NCBI GenBank assembly: GCA_964626685.1
Contig: CAZVJY010000001.1
Coordinates: 173,881 to 237,880 of the forward strand
Length of the DNA stretch: 64,000 nt
Source of the DNA: an uncultured Flavobacteriaceae bacterium
GTDB lineage: Bacteria; Bacteroidota; Bacteroidia; NS11-12g; UBA955
Direction: 5' to 3'
Shown: in pieces, positions 8,745 through 19,187 of the stretch
Numbering within the stretch: position 1 is the stretch's first letter
How the letters are laid out: each line of letters starts with the position of its first letter
Program-made: the position numbers and the translations under genes
Notes under the pieces: model-generated
Told to the model about the DNA's origin: nothing
Databases searched by the model: none
The model's input: the letters and a program-made list of their open reading frames with translations, nothing else

Positions 8745-11180
8745 TTATTTTTTTCTGTAAATAAAGATTCCTGTTTGTGACGGCTGAAGGAATAATCCTT
8801 TACGCATTCTAACCAGATCTGCCTTGTCAAAACCCGAAGTCCATAAAGCTGTCGGTGTGCCACCAAATTCTTCGATCAATGGAGTTAACGATGTCGGCTC
8901 CAAAGCCGCTGTGCTGCGGTTTATAGCCATCACCGCCAACTCATTGAGATACCTGCGGCAAACCACGACTTGCGAATCATTGCAGGCAACAACTTTGTAA
9001 TCACCATAACACAGTGCCATGCTGCCGGTTCGCAGTTTTGCAAGCGCTGCAACCTTGTTCTTTAATTCGGTTTGCTGACGGGTTAAGCCGCTAAACTGCA
9101 TCATATTGCGATTACCCGGGTCATTGCCACCCGTCATTCCAATTTCATCTCCATTGTAAACAACAGGAATACCCGGCGCGAAGAAAAGCCAGGTATAGAA
9201 CTGCAAAAACGTATGGTAAGCCGAATCGGATTTCAGGGGCAGATCGCCAAGATGCCCCATTTTTTTTGCCTCATTCCACCCGGTTTTAGGTGTAATGGTT
9301 CCGTCTGCATATGACATGAACCGGGGTTTATCCTGATTTCCGGTAATATTCCCCATCAGGTGGTGAAAACCGTATTGACCCAGACTGCGAAGTTGCTCGG
9401 TTACCAGGCCTGTCAGCGGAGCATTCCAGGCAAAGGTTCGCATCATGGCATCATACAGGTTAAAATCAAACTGGGCATCCAGCAGGCCATGACCCAGATA
9501 CGAGCCTATCAACCCGGTATTGCCATAGGTTTCGCCAATCTGGTAAATACGCTGCTTCCGCTTAGGCTCAATCTCTGTGCGTATTTTAGCAGTAAGCAAA
9601 CGGGTGAAATTGTCCGGGATATGTTTGGTGGCATCATGCCGAAACCCATCAAATTCAAATTCCCTAAGCCAGTAAAGTGCTGAATCTACCATATAGCTTG
9701 CCACTTCCGGCCTGCCCAGATCCAGGGTTGGTAAAAATGTATCAAACCAGGTCGTTAAACGCTGTTCATCCCAAAGTTCTGTATTCATGCGTCCATCAGG
9801 CAGGTACAATGGCGTTACCCAGTCCGGATGCTGCTTGTAAATCGGATGTTCTTTGTGCACGTGATGCGCCACATAATCAAGGTAAACATTGCTGTTGTGC
9901 CTGTGCGCCTCATCCAGCATATCCTTCAGTGCTTTTGTATTTCCGAACCTTTCATCAATCAGTGTATTTGAAACAGGCCAGTATCCATGATACCCACTGA
10001 ACTTTACATGCGGATCAGGGAAATCGCCCCAGGCTCCTTTTGGGTTTTTGGAGATGGGACTAATCCATAAAGCATTCATTCCCATACTGTCCAGGTAGCC
10101 CTCTCTCAGTTTTTGGGTAATTCCCTGAATATCGCCACCCTGAAAATTGGTTCTGTGGGTCACCCGCGGATGATCCACCGGCTTATCATTGCTTTTATCC
10201 CCATTATGGAAACGATCTACAAAAGCAAAATACATGACCGTGCGCTCCAGATCTTCCCGGTTCAGCAATGTTGGATCGGTTATCGGCTTTCCATACTCCA
10301 GCGGAATAAGCAGATCATTTCCATGAACATATTCTGTTGCACAATACACCCTGATGTAACTGCGCTTGACAGATCTAGCTTCAGCAGGAATTCCCACATT
10401 CAGTTTGTTTTCACTTTTCAGTGACTGATGATTGATTTGGTTATTCCAAAGCGCAAGTATGTTAAGACTGTATGAACCCAGATTTTCAGTTTGCTCGATG
10501 AGGAATCCCTGTGCGGTGGAAGTGGCCGTGATATGGGGCACAGGGCGTGTTTCTTGTACCAGTAAAACGGAGTTTTCACCGCCAAAGCCGTTGCTTCTCC
10601 GGGTAGGATTGCCCGCATCTGCAACCTCCCTGCCATCCACTACAAACTGATATCCGTATTCGCCCGGATTTAGTTCAAGCCGGGTCTCATACACACTATC
10701 AGTTATTTTTTGCAGCGGATGCAATTGGGCATTCCAGGCATTAAAATCTCCTTTTACAAAAACCCCTTTTTCACATTTACCGCTGTACCGAAAGGTTACA
10801 GGAATTTGTACCTGCTTTTTCAGAATCAGATCGCAGCGGGTTTTGTCACTATGATTGAGAACGGGCAGACCAAATAAAACCCGGTTATTCCCACTTTTTG
10901 GAAAGATAATCTTTAAATCAGGCAAGTCATCGGGAGCAAGAACCGTAAGTTGTGATGAGCCCATCCCGGTATTTAGACCCGTCACATCTGTAAAAATACC
11001 GACCTTTTTCCCTGGAAATACATCCGCTTTTGGAAGTCGGGTGGTATCGCCAGTCAGCCATACAGGCATTACCGGAGCGGATAAATCAGCATAAGCAATG
11101 ACAAACTTCTTGTTAATATTACCACAAGCCCCGAGCGCCGAGGTCAGAATACACAAGAATATGCGCCAGGCGGTTTTCAT
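8745..11180 (-). CDS. Lipoprotein alpha-amylase: CBM48-like module plus GH13
   Basis: Lipobox LGAC; VFVKGDFNAW...YGYQFVVDG CBM48-like module; DRFHNGD, YHGYW, DGFRHDATKH, IGETY, GNQD. Confidence 0.88.
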   Translation of the reverse strand: MKTAWRIFLCILTSALGACGNINKKFVIAYADLSAPVMPVWLTGDTTRLPKADVFPGKKVGIFTDVTGLNTGMGSSQLTVLAPDDLPDLKIIFPKSGNNRVLFGLPVLNHSDKTRCDLILKKQVQIPVTFRYSGKCEKGVFVKGDFNAWNAQLHPLQKITDSVYETRLELNPGEYGYQFVVDGREVADAGNPTRRSNGFGGENSVLLVQETRPVPHITATSTAQGFLIEQTENLGSYSLNILALWNNQINHQSLKSENKLNVGIPAEARSVKRSYIRVYCATEYVHGNDLLIPLEYGKPITDPTLLNREDLERTVMYFAFVDRFHNGDKSNDKPVDHPRVTHRTNFQGGDIQGITQKLREGYLDSMGMNALWISPISKNPKGAWGDFPDPHVKFSGYHGYWPVSNTLIDERFGNTKALKDMLDEAHRHNSNVYLDYVAHHVHKEHPIYKQHPDWVTPLYLPDGRMNTELWDEQRLTTWFDTFLPTLDLGRPEVASYMVDSALYWLREFEFDGFRHDATKHIPDNFTRLLTAKIRTEIEPKRKQRIYQIGETYGNTGLIGSYLGHGLLDAQFDFNLYDAMMRTFAWNAPLTGLVTEQLRSLGQYGFHHLMGNITGNQDKPRFMSYADGTITPKTGWNEAKKMGHLGDLPLKSDSAYHTFLQFYTWLFFAPGIPVVYNGDEIGMTGGNDPGNRNMMQFSGLTRQQTELKNKVAALAKLRTGSMALCYGDYKVVACNDSQVVVCRRYLNELAVMAINRSTAALEPTSLTPLIEEFGGTPTALWTSGFDKADLVRMRKGLFLQPSQTGIFIYRKK

Positions 11181-13471
11181 CCAATGAAAATTTCGCCGGA
11201 GGCGTCTACAGTATAGGGCTTTGAGCAGCAAATAATTTCTGTTTGTAAACCCTCAAGATTCTGCACAGTAACGCCTTTTTTGTCTATGCTAATACCCAGC
11301 AAATTCCCCCTGAAGCGCAGGTTAAAACGCATACTGGTCCATTTTGCCGGCAGTGCAGGATTTAAATGCAGCTTTCCGTTGCGAACACGAATACCTGCAA
11401 ATCCTTTACTGATAGTCATCCACGTGCCGGCCATGCTGGTTATGTGGCAACCATCACAGGTATCGTTGTTAATATCATTCAAATCCAGGCGGGCCGTGCG
11501 CAGGTAAAATTCATAGGCTTTATCCTCGTTGCCTATCTTATTGGCCAGAATGCTGTGAATACATGGCGATAATGAAGATTCATGCACGGTAAACGGCTCG
11601 TAAAAATCGAAGTGCCGACGGTGCGTATCCATATCAAAATCGTCTTCAAAAAAGTAAAAACCCTGCAACACATCGGCCTGTTTAATATAACAACTTCTGA
11701 GTATGCGATCCCAGCTCCAGTGCTCCACAATAGGTCGCTGAGAGGCTGGCAGCTGCGAAACAGGAATCAGTTCTTTGTCCAGAAATCCATCCTGCTGAAG
11801 AAATACATTGTGGTCAGCATCAAACGGGAAATACATGTTGGACTGAATCTTGAGCCAGTTTTGTATTTCGCTGTCATCCAAACCGGTTTTCACTTTAATC
11901 TCAGTCAACCTATTCCCTGCTGACTGAGCCATTTTTTCATATTGCTCCGCTGCATAGCGCATGCACCATGAAGCGACGTAATTGGTGTACCAGTTGTTGT
12001 TTACGTTGTTTTCAAACTCATTGGGACCGGTCACACCCAGCATCACATATTGCTTTTTGTCCTCGGACCAATTTACACGCTGCGCCCAGAAACGGGCTAT
12101 ACCGATAAGCACTTCAAGCCCGTGAGAAGCCATATAATCCTCGTCGCCCGTGTAATTTATATAATCATAGATGGCATAGGCAATGGCCCCGTTTCGGTGA
12201 ATTTCCTCGAACGTAATTTCCCATTCATTGTGGCATTCTTCACCGTTCATGGTAACCATCGGGTACAAAGCCGCGCCGTTTTTAAAACCGAGTTTCTCGG
12301 CATTTTCAATGGCTTTGGGTAATTGCTGATAGCGATACAGCAACAGGTTTTTGGATACTTCCGGCGAAGCCGTTCCCAGATAAAAAGGTATGCAGTAGGC
12401 TTCCGTGTCCCAGTAGGTACTGCCACCGTATTTTTCACCGGTAAATCCTTTAGGACCAATGTTCAATCGGGCATCGTCGCCGGTGTAGGTCTGAAACAGC
12501 TGAAAAATATTGAAACGTATAGCCTGCTGGGCTGATGTATCCCCTTCAATTTCAATATCGCAGTTTTTCCAAACAGCCGACCATGCATCGGACTGTTCTT
12601 TTTTCAGCATATCAAAACCTGTGCGGTATGCATTCTCCAACTCCGGCATGCCCTGCAACTCAAATTCCTCGCGCTTCACGTATAAATCGCTTAGTATGAT
12701 GCAGTATTTTTCGAATGTCAGGGTTTCTCCAGCCTTGAGTACAAATGTATAATCCATACCCGCATACAAATCCGTTTTTGCGGAATCTGACTTAACGGGA
12801 GCCTGCCCCTCATTCCAGCTATGGCGACACAAGGCAAATACACCAAAGTTCGTTTTGCGGGTTTCCTGCGATAGCCATGCTATGGGCTGATCAAAAAAAC
12901 CGGTTTGGGTATTTTGCCAGAAAAACTCATCGTAATTGGCATCCTGGTTTCGCGCGTCACCGTTCAGTCCGCTGCTGATGTTTAGTGTACAATCTTGGGT
13001 GGCCTTGATGCTGTAGCGAATTACCCCCAGGTTCTTACGCTCCATACTGCAAAATCGCTCAGTCTCTGCCTGAATAACATTGCCATTAATCATAACCTCA
13101 AATTGCCTTTTTAGCAATCCGTTTTTCATATCCAGCTCACGGCGAAAAAATGCCGGAGCTGTTTTGGCCATATCAATCGGGGTGCCGTCAACAGCCACTT
13201 CAATGCTGTTCCAGTTTACCGAATTCAGTACCTTGGCAAAATACTCGGGATAGCCGTTTTTCCACCACCCCACGCGGGTTTTATCAGGGTAGTAAATGCC
13301 GGCTATATAAGATCCTCTTAAAGTGGGACCGCTGAAAGCCTCTTCAAAATTGGCGCGTTGCCCCATTCGGCCATTTCCAATACTGAACAAACTTTCTGAA
13401 ACTTTATTTCTGGAAGAATCAAAGCCCTCCTCAACAATGCTCCAGGGATTTATCTTTATGTAATCCTTCAT
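11177..13471 (-). CDS. GH65 maltose phosphorylase
   Basis: ESLFSIGNG, IGPKGFTGEKYGGSTYWDTE, VTGPNEFENNV, IKQADV, HESSLS; adjacent to beta-PGM. Confidence 0.93.
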   Translation of the reverse strand: MKDYIKINPWSIVEEGFDSSRNKVSESLFSIGNGRMGQRANFEEAFSGPTLRGSYIAGIYYPDKTRVGWWKNGYPEYFAKVLNSVNWNSIEVAVDGTPIDMAKTAPAFFRRELDMKNGLLKRQFEVMINGNVIQAETERFCSMERKNLGVIRYSIKATQDCTLNISSGLNGDARNQDANYDEFFWQNTQTGFFDQPIAWLSQETRKTNFGVFALCRHSWNEGQAPVKSDSAKTDLYAGMDYTFVLKAGETLTFEKYCIILSDLYVKREEFELQGMPELENAYRTGFDMLKKEQSDAWSAVWKNCDIEIEGDTSAQQAIRFNIFQLFQTYTGDDARLNIGPKGFTGEKYGGSTYWDTEAYCIPFYLGTASPEVSKNLLLYRYQQLPKAIENAEKLGFKNGAALYPMVTMNGEECHNEWEITFEEIHRNGAIAYAIYDYINYTGDEDYMASHGLEVLIGIARFWAQRVNWSEDKKQYVMLGVTGPNEFENNVNNNWYTNYVASWCMRYAAEQYEKMAQSAGNRLTEIKVKTGLDDSEIQNWLKIQSNMYFPFDADHNVFLQQDGFLDKELIPVSQLPASQRPIVEHWSWDRILRSCYIKQADVLQGFYFFEDDFDMDTHRRHFDFYEPFTVHESSLSPCIHSILANKIGNEDKAYEFYLRTARLDLNDINNDTCDGCHITSMAGTWMTISKGFAGIRVRNGKLHLNPALPAKWTSMRFNLRFRGNLLGISIDKKGVTVQNLEGLQTEIICCSKPYTVDASGEIFIG

Positions 13472-13484
13472 AGGTTATCGATGA

Positions 13485-14135
13485 TTAAGAAAATTGTGAC
13501 TGAAGAAAAGTCAGATCAATATTCAGCAGGTTCTGAACACAAACATCAGCCTCCGTCAGTTGTCCGTGTGCAGTAATACCCAGTACACGCATACCGGCGG
13601 CTCTGGCTGCTGCAACGCCTGCATCGGCGTCTTCAATTACAAGGCAACTATCCACAGGAAGGCCAAGCAGTTTGGCCGCATTTAGAAACACCTCCGGATC
13701 GGGTTTGGTTTGCCTGACCATATTGCCGTCTACCACAGCATCAAAGTAGCTGGCAAGCTGTAGTTTATCCAAAATAAACGTTGCGTTTTTGGAACTGCTT
13801 CCCACTGCCGTTTTCAGCCCTGCTGATCTGATATTCTCCAAAAAAGCTAACACACCTGGCAAGATATCTGCTGAAGACAACGAGGCAATCAGTTCAAGAT
13901 AATGGTTGTTTTTTTCGGTAAGCAAAAATGCCTTCTCCTCATCGGTGCGTTCAGCTCCTGCCCAATTGAGAATGATATCCAGGCTTTCGGATCTGCTTAC
14001 GCCTTTCAACTGTTCATTGTGTTTTTCCGTTAATTCAAAACCCGCACCCTCAGCAATTCTTCGCCATGAGTGATAGTGATGCACGGCAGTATCAGTGAGC
14101 ACTCCGTCAAGATCAAAGATCACGCCGCGAATCAT
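13485..14135 (-). CDS. pgmB: Beta-phosphoglucomutase (HAD family)
   Basis: FDLDGVLTDTA, LKGVSR, SSSKNA, KPDPEVF, IEDA. Confidence 0.93.
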   Translation of the reverse strand: MIRGVIFDLDGVLTDTAVHHYHSWRRIAEGAGFELTEKHNEQLKGVSRSESLDIILNWAGAERTDEEKAFLLTEKNNHYLELIASLSSADILPGVLAFLENIRSAGLKTAVGSSSKNATFILDKLQLASYFDAVVDGNMVRQTKPDPEVFLNAAKLLGLPVDSCLVIEDADAGVAAARAAGMRVLGITAHGQLTEADVCVQNLLNIDLTFLQSQFS

Positions 14136-15004
14136 GACTTCTCTGTATTGTTGTATGCCGACTCTCTGGCCAAGTGGTATTTCAGCAGCGACATACCGGG
14201 ATTCTTGTCAATTTCCCCCAGGGTAAACCCCTTTTCCACAGCTACCTTTTGCAAAATTTCGGTGAAATAATATGCCACCGACCCTACAAAATGAACCGGA
14301 ACCTCGCGGAAGTTGGGGAAGCAGCAAATATGGATTTCCGCAAACCTGGATAGGCCCTCATACACCAGCTCCTTCATATAAGGATGATCCTTGTGAGGTA
14401 CAATAAAACGCATAAAGGAAGCCAGGAAAACATTGGCTTTATTGGTGTTGTAAACCTGGTGAAATATTTCCTCTTTTTGAAGCTTGTACTGCTCGTAAAA
14501 GGCAGTTTGCAACTCGGCAGGCAGACGCTTGTAAAGATAATCGGAGATGATTTTCTTACCAAAATAAGATCCACTTCCCTCGTCCCCCAATATGTATCCC
14601 AGTGCAGGAACCTGCTCTGAAACCGCATGGCCGTCATAATAGCAACTATTGCTCCCTGTTCCGATAATACAGGTAATGGCGGGTCTTCCGTCCCAGGTGG
14701 CAAAGGCAGAGGCATTCAAATCGTGATTCACCTCGCAGTGGGCACGGGTAAAAAACTGCCTGAGTGCAGTCAGTATCACTTCATTCCTTTCCGAACTTGA
14801 ACATCCGGCACCGTAAAAATAGACCGCATCGGCCTGTCCGGCAACATTGCTTAAATCAGGGTTTGCCTTCAGGTGGGTTAAAATTTCATCAGGCTGATGA
14901 AAAAATGGATTAAAACCCATTGTGTGGGTTTCAAGTACATCATTACTATGATTGCTAATCAGCCAATCGCATTTGGTAGAACCACTTTCAGCTACAATGA
15001 TCAT
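14132..15004 (-). CDS. BadF/BcrA-type (GlcNAc kinase-like) sugar kinase
   Basis: AESGSTKCDW, FYGAGC, IIGTGSNSC, LGYILGDEGSG, FVGSVA. Confidence 0.85.
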   Translation of the reverse strand: MIIVAESGSTKCDWLISNHSNDVLETHTMGFNPFFHQPDEILTHLKANPDLSNVAGQADAVYFYGAGCSSSERNEVILTALRQFFTRAHCEVNHDLNASAFATWDGRPAITCIIGTGSNSCYYDGHAVSEQVPALGYILGDEGSGSYFGKKIISDYLYKRLPAELQTAFYEQYKLQKEEIFHQVYNTNKANVFLASFMRFIVPHKDHPYMKELVYEGLSRFAEIHICCFPNFREVPVHFVGSVAYYFTEILQKVAVEKGFTLGEIDKNPGMSLLKYHLARESAYNNTEKS

Positions 15005-15020
15005 CCTTTTCGTATAAGTG

Positions 15021-15044
15021 CAAACTTAGTGTAATTATTACACA
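15021..15044. promoter_or_regulatory. Minus-strand -7 element TAAGTTTG (15021-15028) abutting operator AGTGT-aattatt-ACACA (15028-15044)
   Basis: In the divergent intergenic region between the kinase operon and the regulator. Confidence 0.75.
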
Positions 15045-15118
15045 TAGCCAAAGGAACCTTGATGATTATTGATACAAAAAAAACCAAAGTTACTATATTT
15101 GTGAACCCCATTTTTGCT

Positions 15119-15829
15119 ATGCCCCAACAGGCCATAAATCCCAATGTTTCCGTAGACTGTGTCATTTTCAGTTTTAATAATCAGGAACTGGAAGTACTGT
15201 TGATTGAGCGTTCAGCCGGCAATACCGACAAGATAGATGAAATCAAGGCGTTGCCCGGAAACCTGATTTATGAAGATGAAACCCTCGATTGTGCGGCACA
15301 GCGCGTTTTAACTGAGCTCACCGGTCTGGAAAACATTTTCCTGGAGCAGGTTTATACTTTCGGTGATCCTGACAGAATCAGCAAAAAACACGACCAGGAC
15401 TGGCTCAGAAGTATTCGAGCACATCCCGAAGCCAGGGTAATTACTGTGGCCTACACCTCGCTCATCAACAAAGAAAGATTCAATCTCACACCCTCAAGTT
15501 TTGCACGCAATGCCGTTTGGATAAAGGTAAAAGACGTGCCCCAACTGGGATTTGACCACAACGATATTCTGGAAAAAGCACTGGACCATCTCAAGCACAA
15601 AATATACATTGAGCCACTGGGTTATGAGCTGCTACCGGACCGGTTTACCCTTGCCCAGTTGCAGAAACTGTACGAGGCGATATTGGATGATACGTTTGAT
15701 AAAAGAAACTTCCGCCGTAAAATCCTGCGAACCTTATTCATTGTGCCCCTGAATGAAAAACAGCAAGGCGTTGCCCACAAGCCGGCCGGACTCTACCGAT
15801 TTGACAAATCCCTGTTTCATCAGATGTAA
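15119..15829 (+). CDS. NrtR-family NUDIX-wHTH transcriptional regulator (alpha-glucan locus)
   Basis: SVDCVIF, ALPG...ELTGL degenerate Nudix box, TFGDPDR, FTLAQLQKLYEAIL, DKRNFRRK, HKPAGLYRF; -7 element TATATTTG at 15094-15101. Confidence 0.9.
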   Translation: MPQQAINPNVSVDCVIFSFNNQELEVLLIERSAGNTDKIDEIKALPGNLIYEDETLDCAAQRVLTELTGLENIFLEQVYTFGDPDRISKKHDQDWLRSIRAHPEARVITVAYTSLINKERFNLTPSSFARNAVWIKVKDVPQLGFDHNDILEKALDHLKHKIYIEPLGYELLPDRFTLAQLQKLYEAILDDTFDKRNFRRKILRTLFIVPLNEKQQGVAHKPAGLYRFDKSLFHQM

Positions 15830-15838
15830 TACTTCTCA

Positions 15839-15859
15839 ATAGTGTTTGTTTGACACTAT
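15839..15859. promoter_or_regulatory. NrtR-type operator ATAGTGT-ttgtttg-ACACTAT upstream of MFS gene
   Basis: Perfect 7-bp inverted arms with a 7-bp spacer. Confidence 0.8.
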
Positions 15860-15892
15860 GAGCCGAATTCCGTAGATTGCGGCCCCAACCTT

Positions 15893-17224
15893 ATGGAAAA
15901 GAAACCCAAACTTACGGCTGCACAAATCACCTGGATGAGCTTTGGCTTCATGGGAATTCAGTGTGGTTTCGGCCTGCAAAATGGGAATGCAAGTCGCATC
16001 CTTGAAGATTTTGGCGCCAAAGTGCACGAGCTCAGTTGGTTTTGGCTGGTGGCACCGCTTACCGGCATGCTCGTACAGCCGCTCATCGGATATTTCAGCG
16101 ATAAAACCTGGACACCGCTTGGCAGACGAAAGCCTTATTTTCTGGCCGGCACGCTGCTTTGCTGCATTGCCATTGTGATGCTGCCCAATAGTGCTGCCTG
16201 GTTTGCGGGAAAATCCGCCCTGCTTTTTGGCGCTATTTTTCTTGCCCTGATGGATGCCAGCATAAACGTAGCCATGGAACCGTTCCGCGCTTTGGTGGCA
16301 GACAATCTCAATGATGAACAGCGCACCCTGGGCTTCAGCATTCAAACTTTTTTAATCGGTATTGGTGCTGTACTGGGCAGCTGGCTCCCCTGGATGATGA
16401 CCAACCTGTTTGAAATCAGCAATACTGCTCCTAAAGGCTTGGTTGCAGACAATGTAGTGTATTCCTTTTACGTGGGTGCAGCGTTTTTTCTGGCTAGTAT
16501 TCTCGTAACCGTGCTTTTTGCAAAAGAATATGACCCTGAAACATATGCCCGCTATCACGGCGAAAGCAGGGAAGAAGAAAAAGCGGGCCTGTCTGAAATT
16601 TTCAGGGATTTTGGCAGAATGCCGAAAGCCATGCTGCAGCTGGGGTTGGTGCAATTCTTCAGCTGGTTTGGTTTGTTTTGCATGTGGGTTTATACCACCA
16701 GGGCCGTGGCAGACAATGCTTTCGGCTACGATGGCACCCAAAAAGATATTCTTGGCAAAGCCGGCGACTGGGTTGGAATATTGTTTGGCATTTACAATGG
16801 CGTGAGTGCCATATACGCGCTGATTCTCCCGGCGATTGTGCGGAAAATCGGCCGCAAACAAACCCATGCATTCTCGCTGGTTTGCGGTGGCATTGGCCTT
16901 ATCTCCATGTTCTTCATCACCAATCCTGATATGCTTGTATACAGCATGGTGGGCGTTGGCATGGCCTGGGCCAGTATACTTGCTATGCCCTATGCCATAC
17001 TGGCAGGAAGTATACCTGCAGGGAAAATGGGCATATACATGGGTATCTTCAACTTCTTCATTACCATACCACAGATTGTGAGCGCTTTGCTGGCTGGCCC
17101 AATGGTCTCTTTTCTCTTTGACAATCAGGCGATCTATGCGCTGGTAACCGCCGGCCTTATGATGCTGCTGGCTGCCGTTTCCATGATTTATGTGAACGAT
17201 GGCAAACTGATTAAAATGAAGTAA
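15893..17224 (+). CDS. MFS maltose/maltodextrin transporter (SLC45/GPH-like)
   Basis: Multiple TM helices; MSFGFMGIQCGFGLQ, QPLIGYFSD, GRRKPYF, GMAWASILAMPY, MGIFNFFITIPQI. Confidence 0.88.
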   Translation: MEKKPKLTAAQITWMSFGFMGIQCGFGLQNGNASRILEDFGAKVHELSWFWLVAPLTGMLVQPLIGYFSDKTWTPLGRRKPYFLAGTLLCCIAIVMLPNSAAWFAGKSALLFGAIFLALMDASINVAMEPFRALVADNLNDEQRTLGFSIQTFLIGIGAVLGSWLPWMMTNLFEISNTAPKGLVADNVVYSFYVGAAFFLASILVTVLFAKEYDPETYARYHGESREEEKAGLSEIFRDFGRMPKAMLQLGLVQFFSWFGLFCMWVYTTRAVADNAFGYDGTQKDILGKAGDWVGILFGIYNGVSAIYALILPAIVRKIGRKQTHAFSLVCGGIGLISMFFITNPDMLVYSMVGVGMAWASILAMPYAILAGSIPAGKMGIYMGIFNFFITIPQIVSALLAGPMVSFLFDNQAIYALVTAGLMMLLAAVSMIYVNDGKLIKMK

Positions 17225-17307
17225 TTGTCGCCTTTGAGTTTATTGGTTGAATGGGAAACTTTTGCCTGTCTTCCACAGAAAAACCATTAAACGGTTAAAC
17301 CCATACG

Positions 17308-19143
17308 CTATTTACCCTTCTTTGGATAATGCACCACCGAAACACCCATAGGGTCTACTGAAGAAACCTGCAAAACCCTGGTTTCGGGATTCAGCAAGAC
17401 AATGCCTTTTTCCCATGTGGCTTTAATGTCAGGGTAGCGGCGGCTATCAACATGCTGCGGTTTTTCTGATTGGTTTACAAATACACCAATTATGTCTCTT
17501 TCACCCTCTATAAAGAATGCATACAATCCGTTGTAGGGGATGTACTGTGTACGTCGACCCTTCTCAAACAATTCGGCATAGCGTTCACGTATTCCGGCCA
17601 GGCCTTTTATGCAATCAAATATTTCACGCTGATCGGAGCTAAGTCCTTCTGCGGTAAAACCATTTTTTTTATCATCCTTCCATCCACCGGGTGCATCCCT
17701 GCGAATTGCACCATGGGCCCCCGTATCGGTCATCAGCCATTCAGTGCCGTAAAAGATGCAGGGAATTCCACGGCTCAAATACATTAATGCCAGTGCCATT
17801 TTGGTTTTGGATAAATTCTTTCCAAACGTAGCGTGCATACGGTTTAAATCATGATTATCGGCAAAGGTTACCAGCATTTCAGGCTTTTGATATACATAAT
17901 CTGAAGCCATGAGGTAATACAATCGGCTGACACCTGTATTCCAGCCAAAAGGCTCGTTCAACGCCTGATGCAGACCGAAACAAAATTGAAAATCGGTTAC
18001 CGCATCCGGTAACCCCATACTCGTAAAAAGCCTATTGGGAGCAAAAACGGACTGCGCCGCCAGGGTATGTTCCCAGGTTTCACCAAACACAAACAAGCCG
18101 GGAAACGCTTTTTTAAGATCCAAATTAAGCATTGTCAAGAAACCCGGTTTTGAATATGGATATGTATCTACCCTTACGGCAGAAGCAGATGTGGTTGCCA
18201 CCCACCACAGCGTATTTTGAATGAGATACCGCGCCACGTGCTGATTTTCCTGATTTAAATCCGGCATGTGATGATCAAACCAGCCTTCCAGCATCGTTTT
18301 CACTTCAGAGGGCGCTGCATAAGGATCACTTAAAGCCGAAACCCTATAATTGCTCCGAAAGAAAGTATCCCGAATGTGAAACCAGTCATCTGAAATCCGT
18401 TTTTTGTACAAAGGATGTTCATTCCCTACATGGTTGTACACCATATCCAGCACCCACCTGACACCTTGTTGACGGCTTTTTTCGGCCAGTTTAAAATATT
18501 CTTCATTGCTGCCAAACCGCGGATCGATGCGGTAATGATCGGTGCAGGCATACCCATGATAGCTTTGGGACGGCTGGTTATTTTCCAGCAAGGGCGTCAT
18601 CCAAAGGGCATTGAAGCCCAGTTTTTTTATGTGATCAAGGTTTTTTGCCACACCGGCTACATCGCCACCATGCCTGCCGTGCAGGGCGGTTCTGTCTGCC
18701 TTTTCCAGCATACCATCAACATTATCATTACTTTCATTCCCATTGGCAAACCGGTCCGGCATAAGCAAATACATGCGGTCTGCTGCGCTCATCTTAGCCC
18801 CGGAAAACGGTTTTTCCCTTACCTCATATTTTAACGTTTGTTTTCTGCCAGAAAGAGTAGTTTCAAGAAAAAAATCACCCTGTCCCTGCTTGACCCGCAG
18901 GTATAAAATTCTATATCCCGCATTTAACCTTTTTACGTCTGAAATTAGCCTGGGACCACCCTTGATTCGGATTGAAGCCATGTGAACCGAATCTCCATAC
19001 AACAAAATCTGGAAGCTTTCCTGGCCCATATTTTTAAACCAAAACGGAGGATCGCAACGCCTGATGTGCTGAGCTCCGGAATGAACCAAAACAAATGTTT
19101 GGATCAATAAAAAAAGACTGATTTTAGGTCTTAAAAACTTCAT
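17308..19143 (-). CDS. GH13 neopullulanase/cyclomaltodextrinase (SusA-like)
   Basis: DPPFWF N-terminal domain, PDRFANG, RHGGD, SYHGY, GWFDHHMPDLNQ, RVDTYPY, DNHD; start placed at MKFL. Confidence 0.88.
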   Translation of the reverse strand: MKFLRPKISLFLLIQTFVLVHSGAQHIRRCDPPFWFKNMGQESFQILLYGDSVHMASIRIKGGPRLISDVKRLNAGYRILYLRVKQGQGDFFLETTLSGRKQTLKYEVREKPFSGAKMSAADRMYLLMPDRFANGNESNDNVDGMLEKADRTALHGRHGGDVAGVAKNLDHIKKLGFNALWMTPLLENNQPSQSYHGYACTDHYRIDPRFGSNEEYFKLAEKSRQQGVRWVLDMVYNHVGNEHPLYKKRISDDWFHIRDTFFRSNYRVSALSDPYAAPSEVKTMLEGWFDHHMPDLNQENQHVARYLIQNTLWWVATTSASAVRVDTYPYSKPGFLTMLNLDLKKAFPGLFVFGETWEHTLAAQSVFAPNRLFTSMGLPDAVTDFQFCFGLHQALNEPFGWNTGVSRLYYLMASDYVYQKPEMLVTFADNHDLNRMHATFGKNLSKTKMALALMYLSRGIPCIFYGTEWLMTDTGAHGAIRRDAPGGWKDDKKNGFTAEGLSSDQREIFDCIKGLAGIRERYAELFEKGRRTQYIPYNGLYAFFIEGERDIIGVFVNQSEKPQHVDSRRYPDIKATWEKGIVLLNPETRVLQVSSVDPMGVSVVHYPKKGK

Positions 19144-19187
19144 AATTTGGTAAAAATATTTCAACAAAGAAAAAAAATATCCTTCAA

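Noticed and set aside
8744-8866. N-terminal extensions in the ORF track (also at 11231, 15059, 19147, 19167, 30321, 39168, 50620 and 58934)
   Set aside because: They overlap neighbouring genes or promoters; downstream ATGs give proper signal peptides or coupled starts.
15119-15829. NrtR as an NAD-metabolism regulator, given kynU and nadK in the window
   Set aside because: The palindromes I found lie at carbohydrate genes and none was seen at the folA-nadK operon; the kynU promoter is outside the window.
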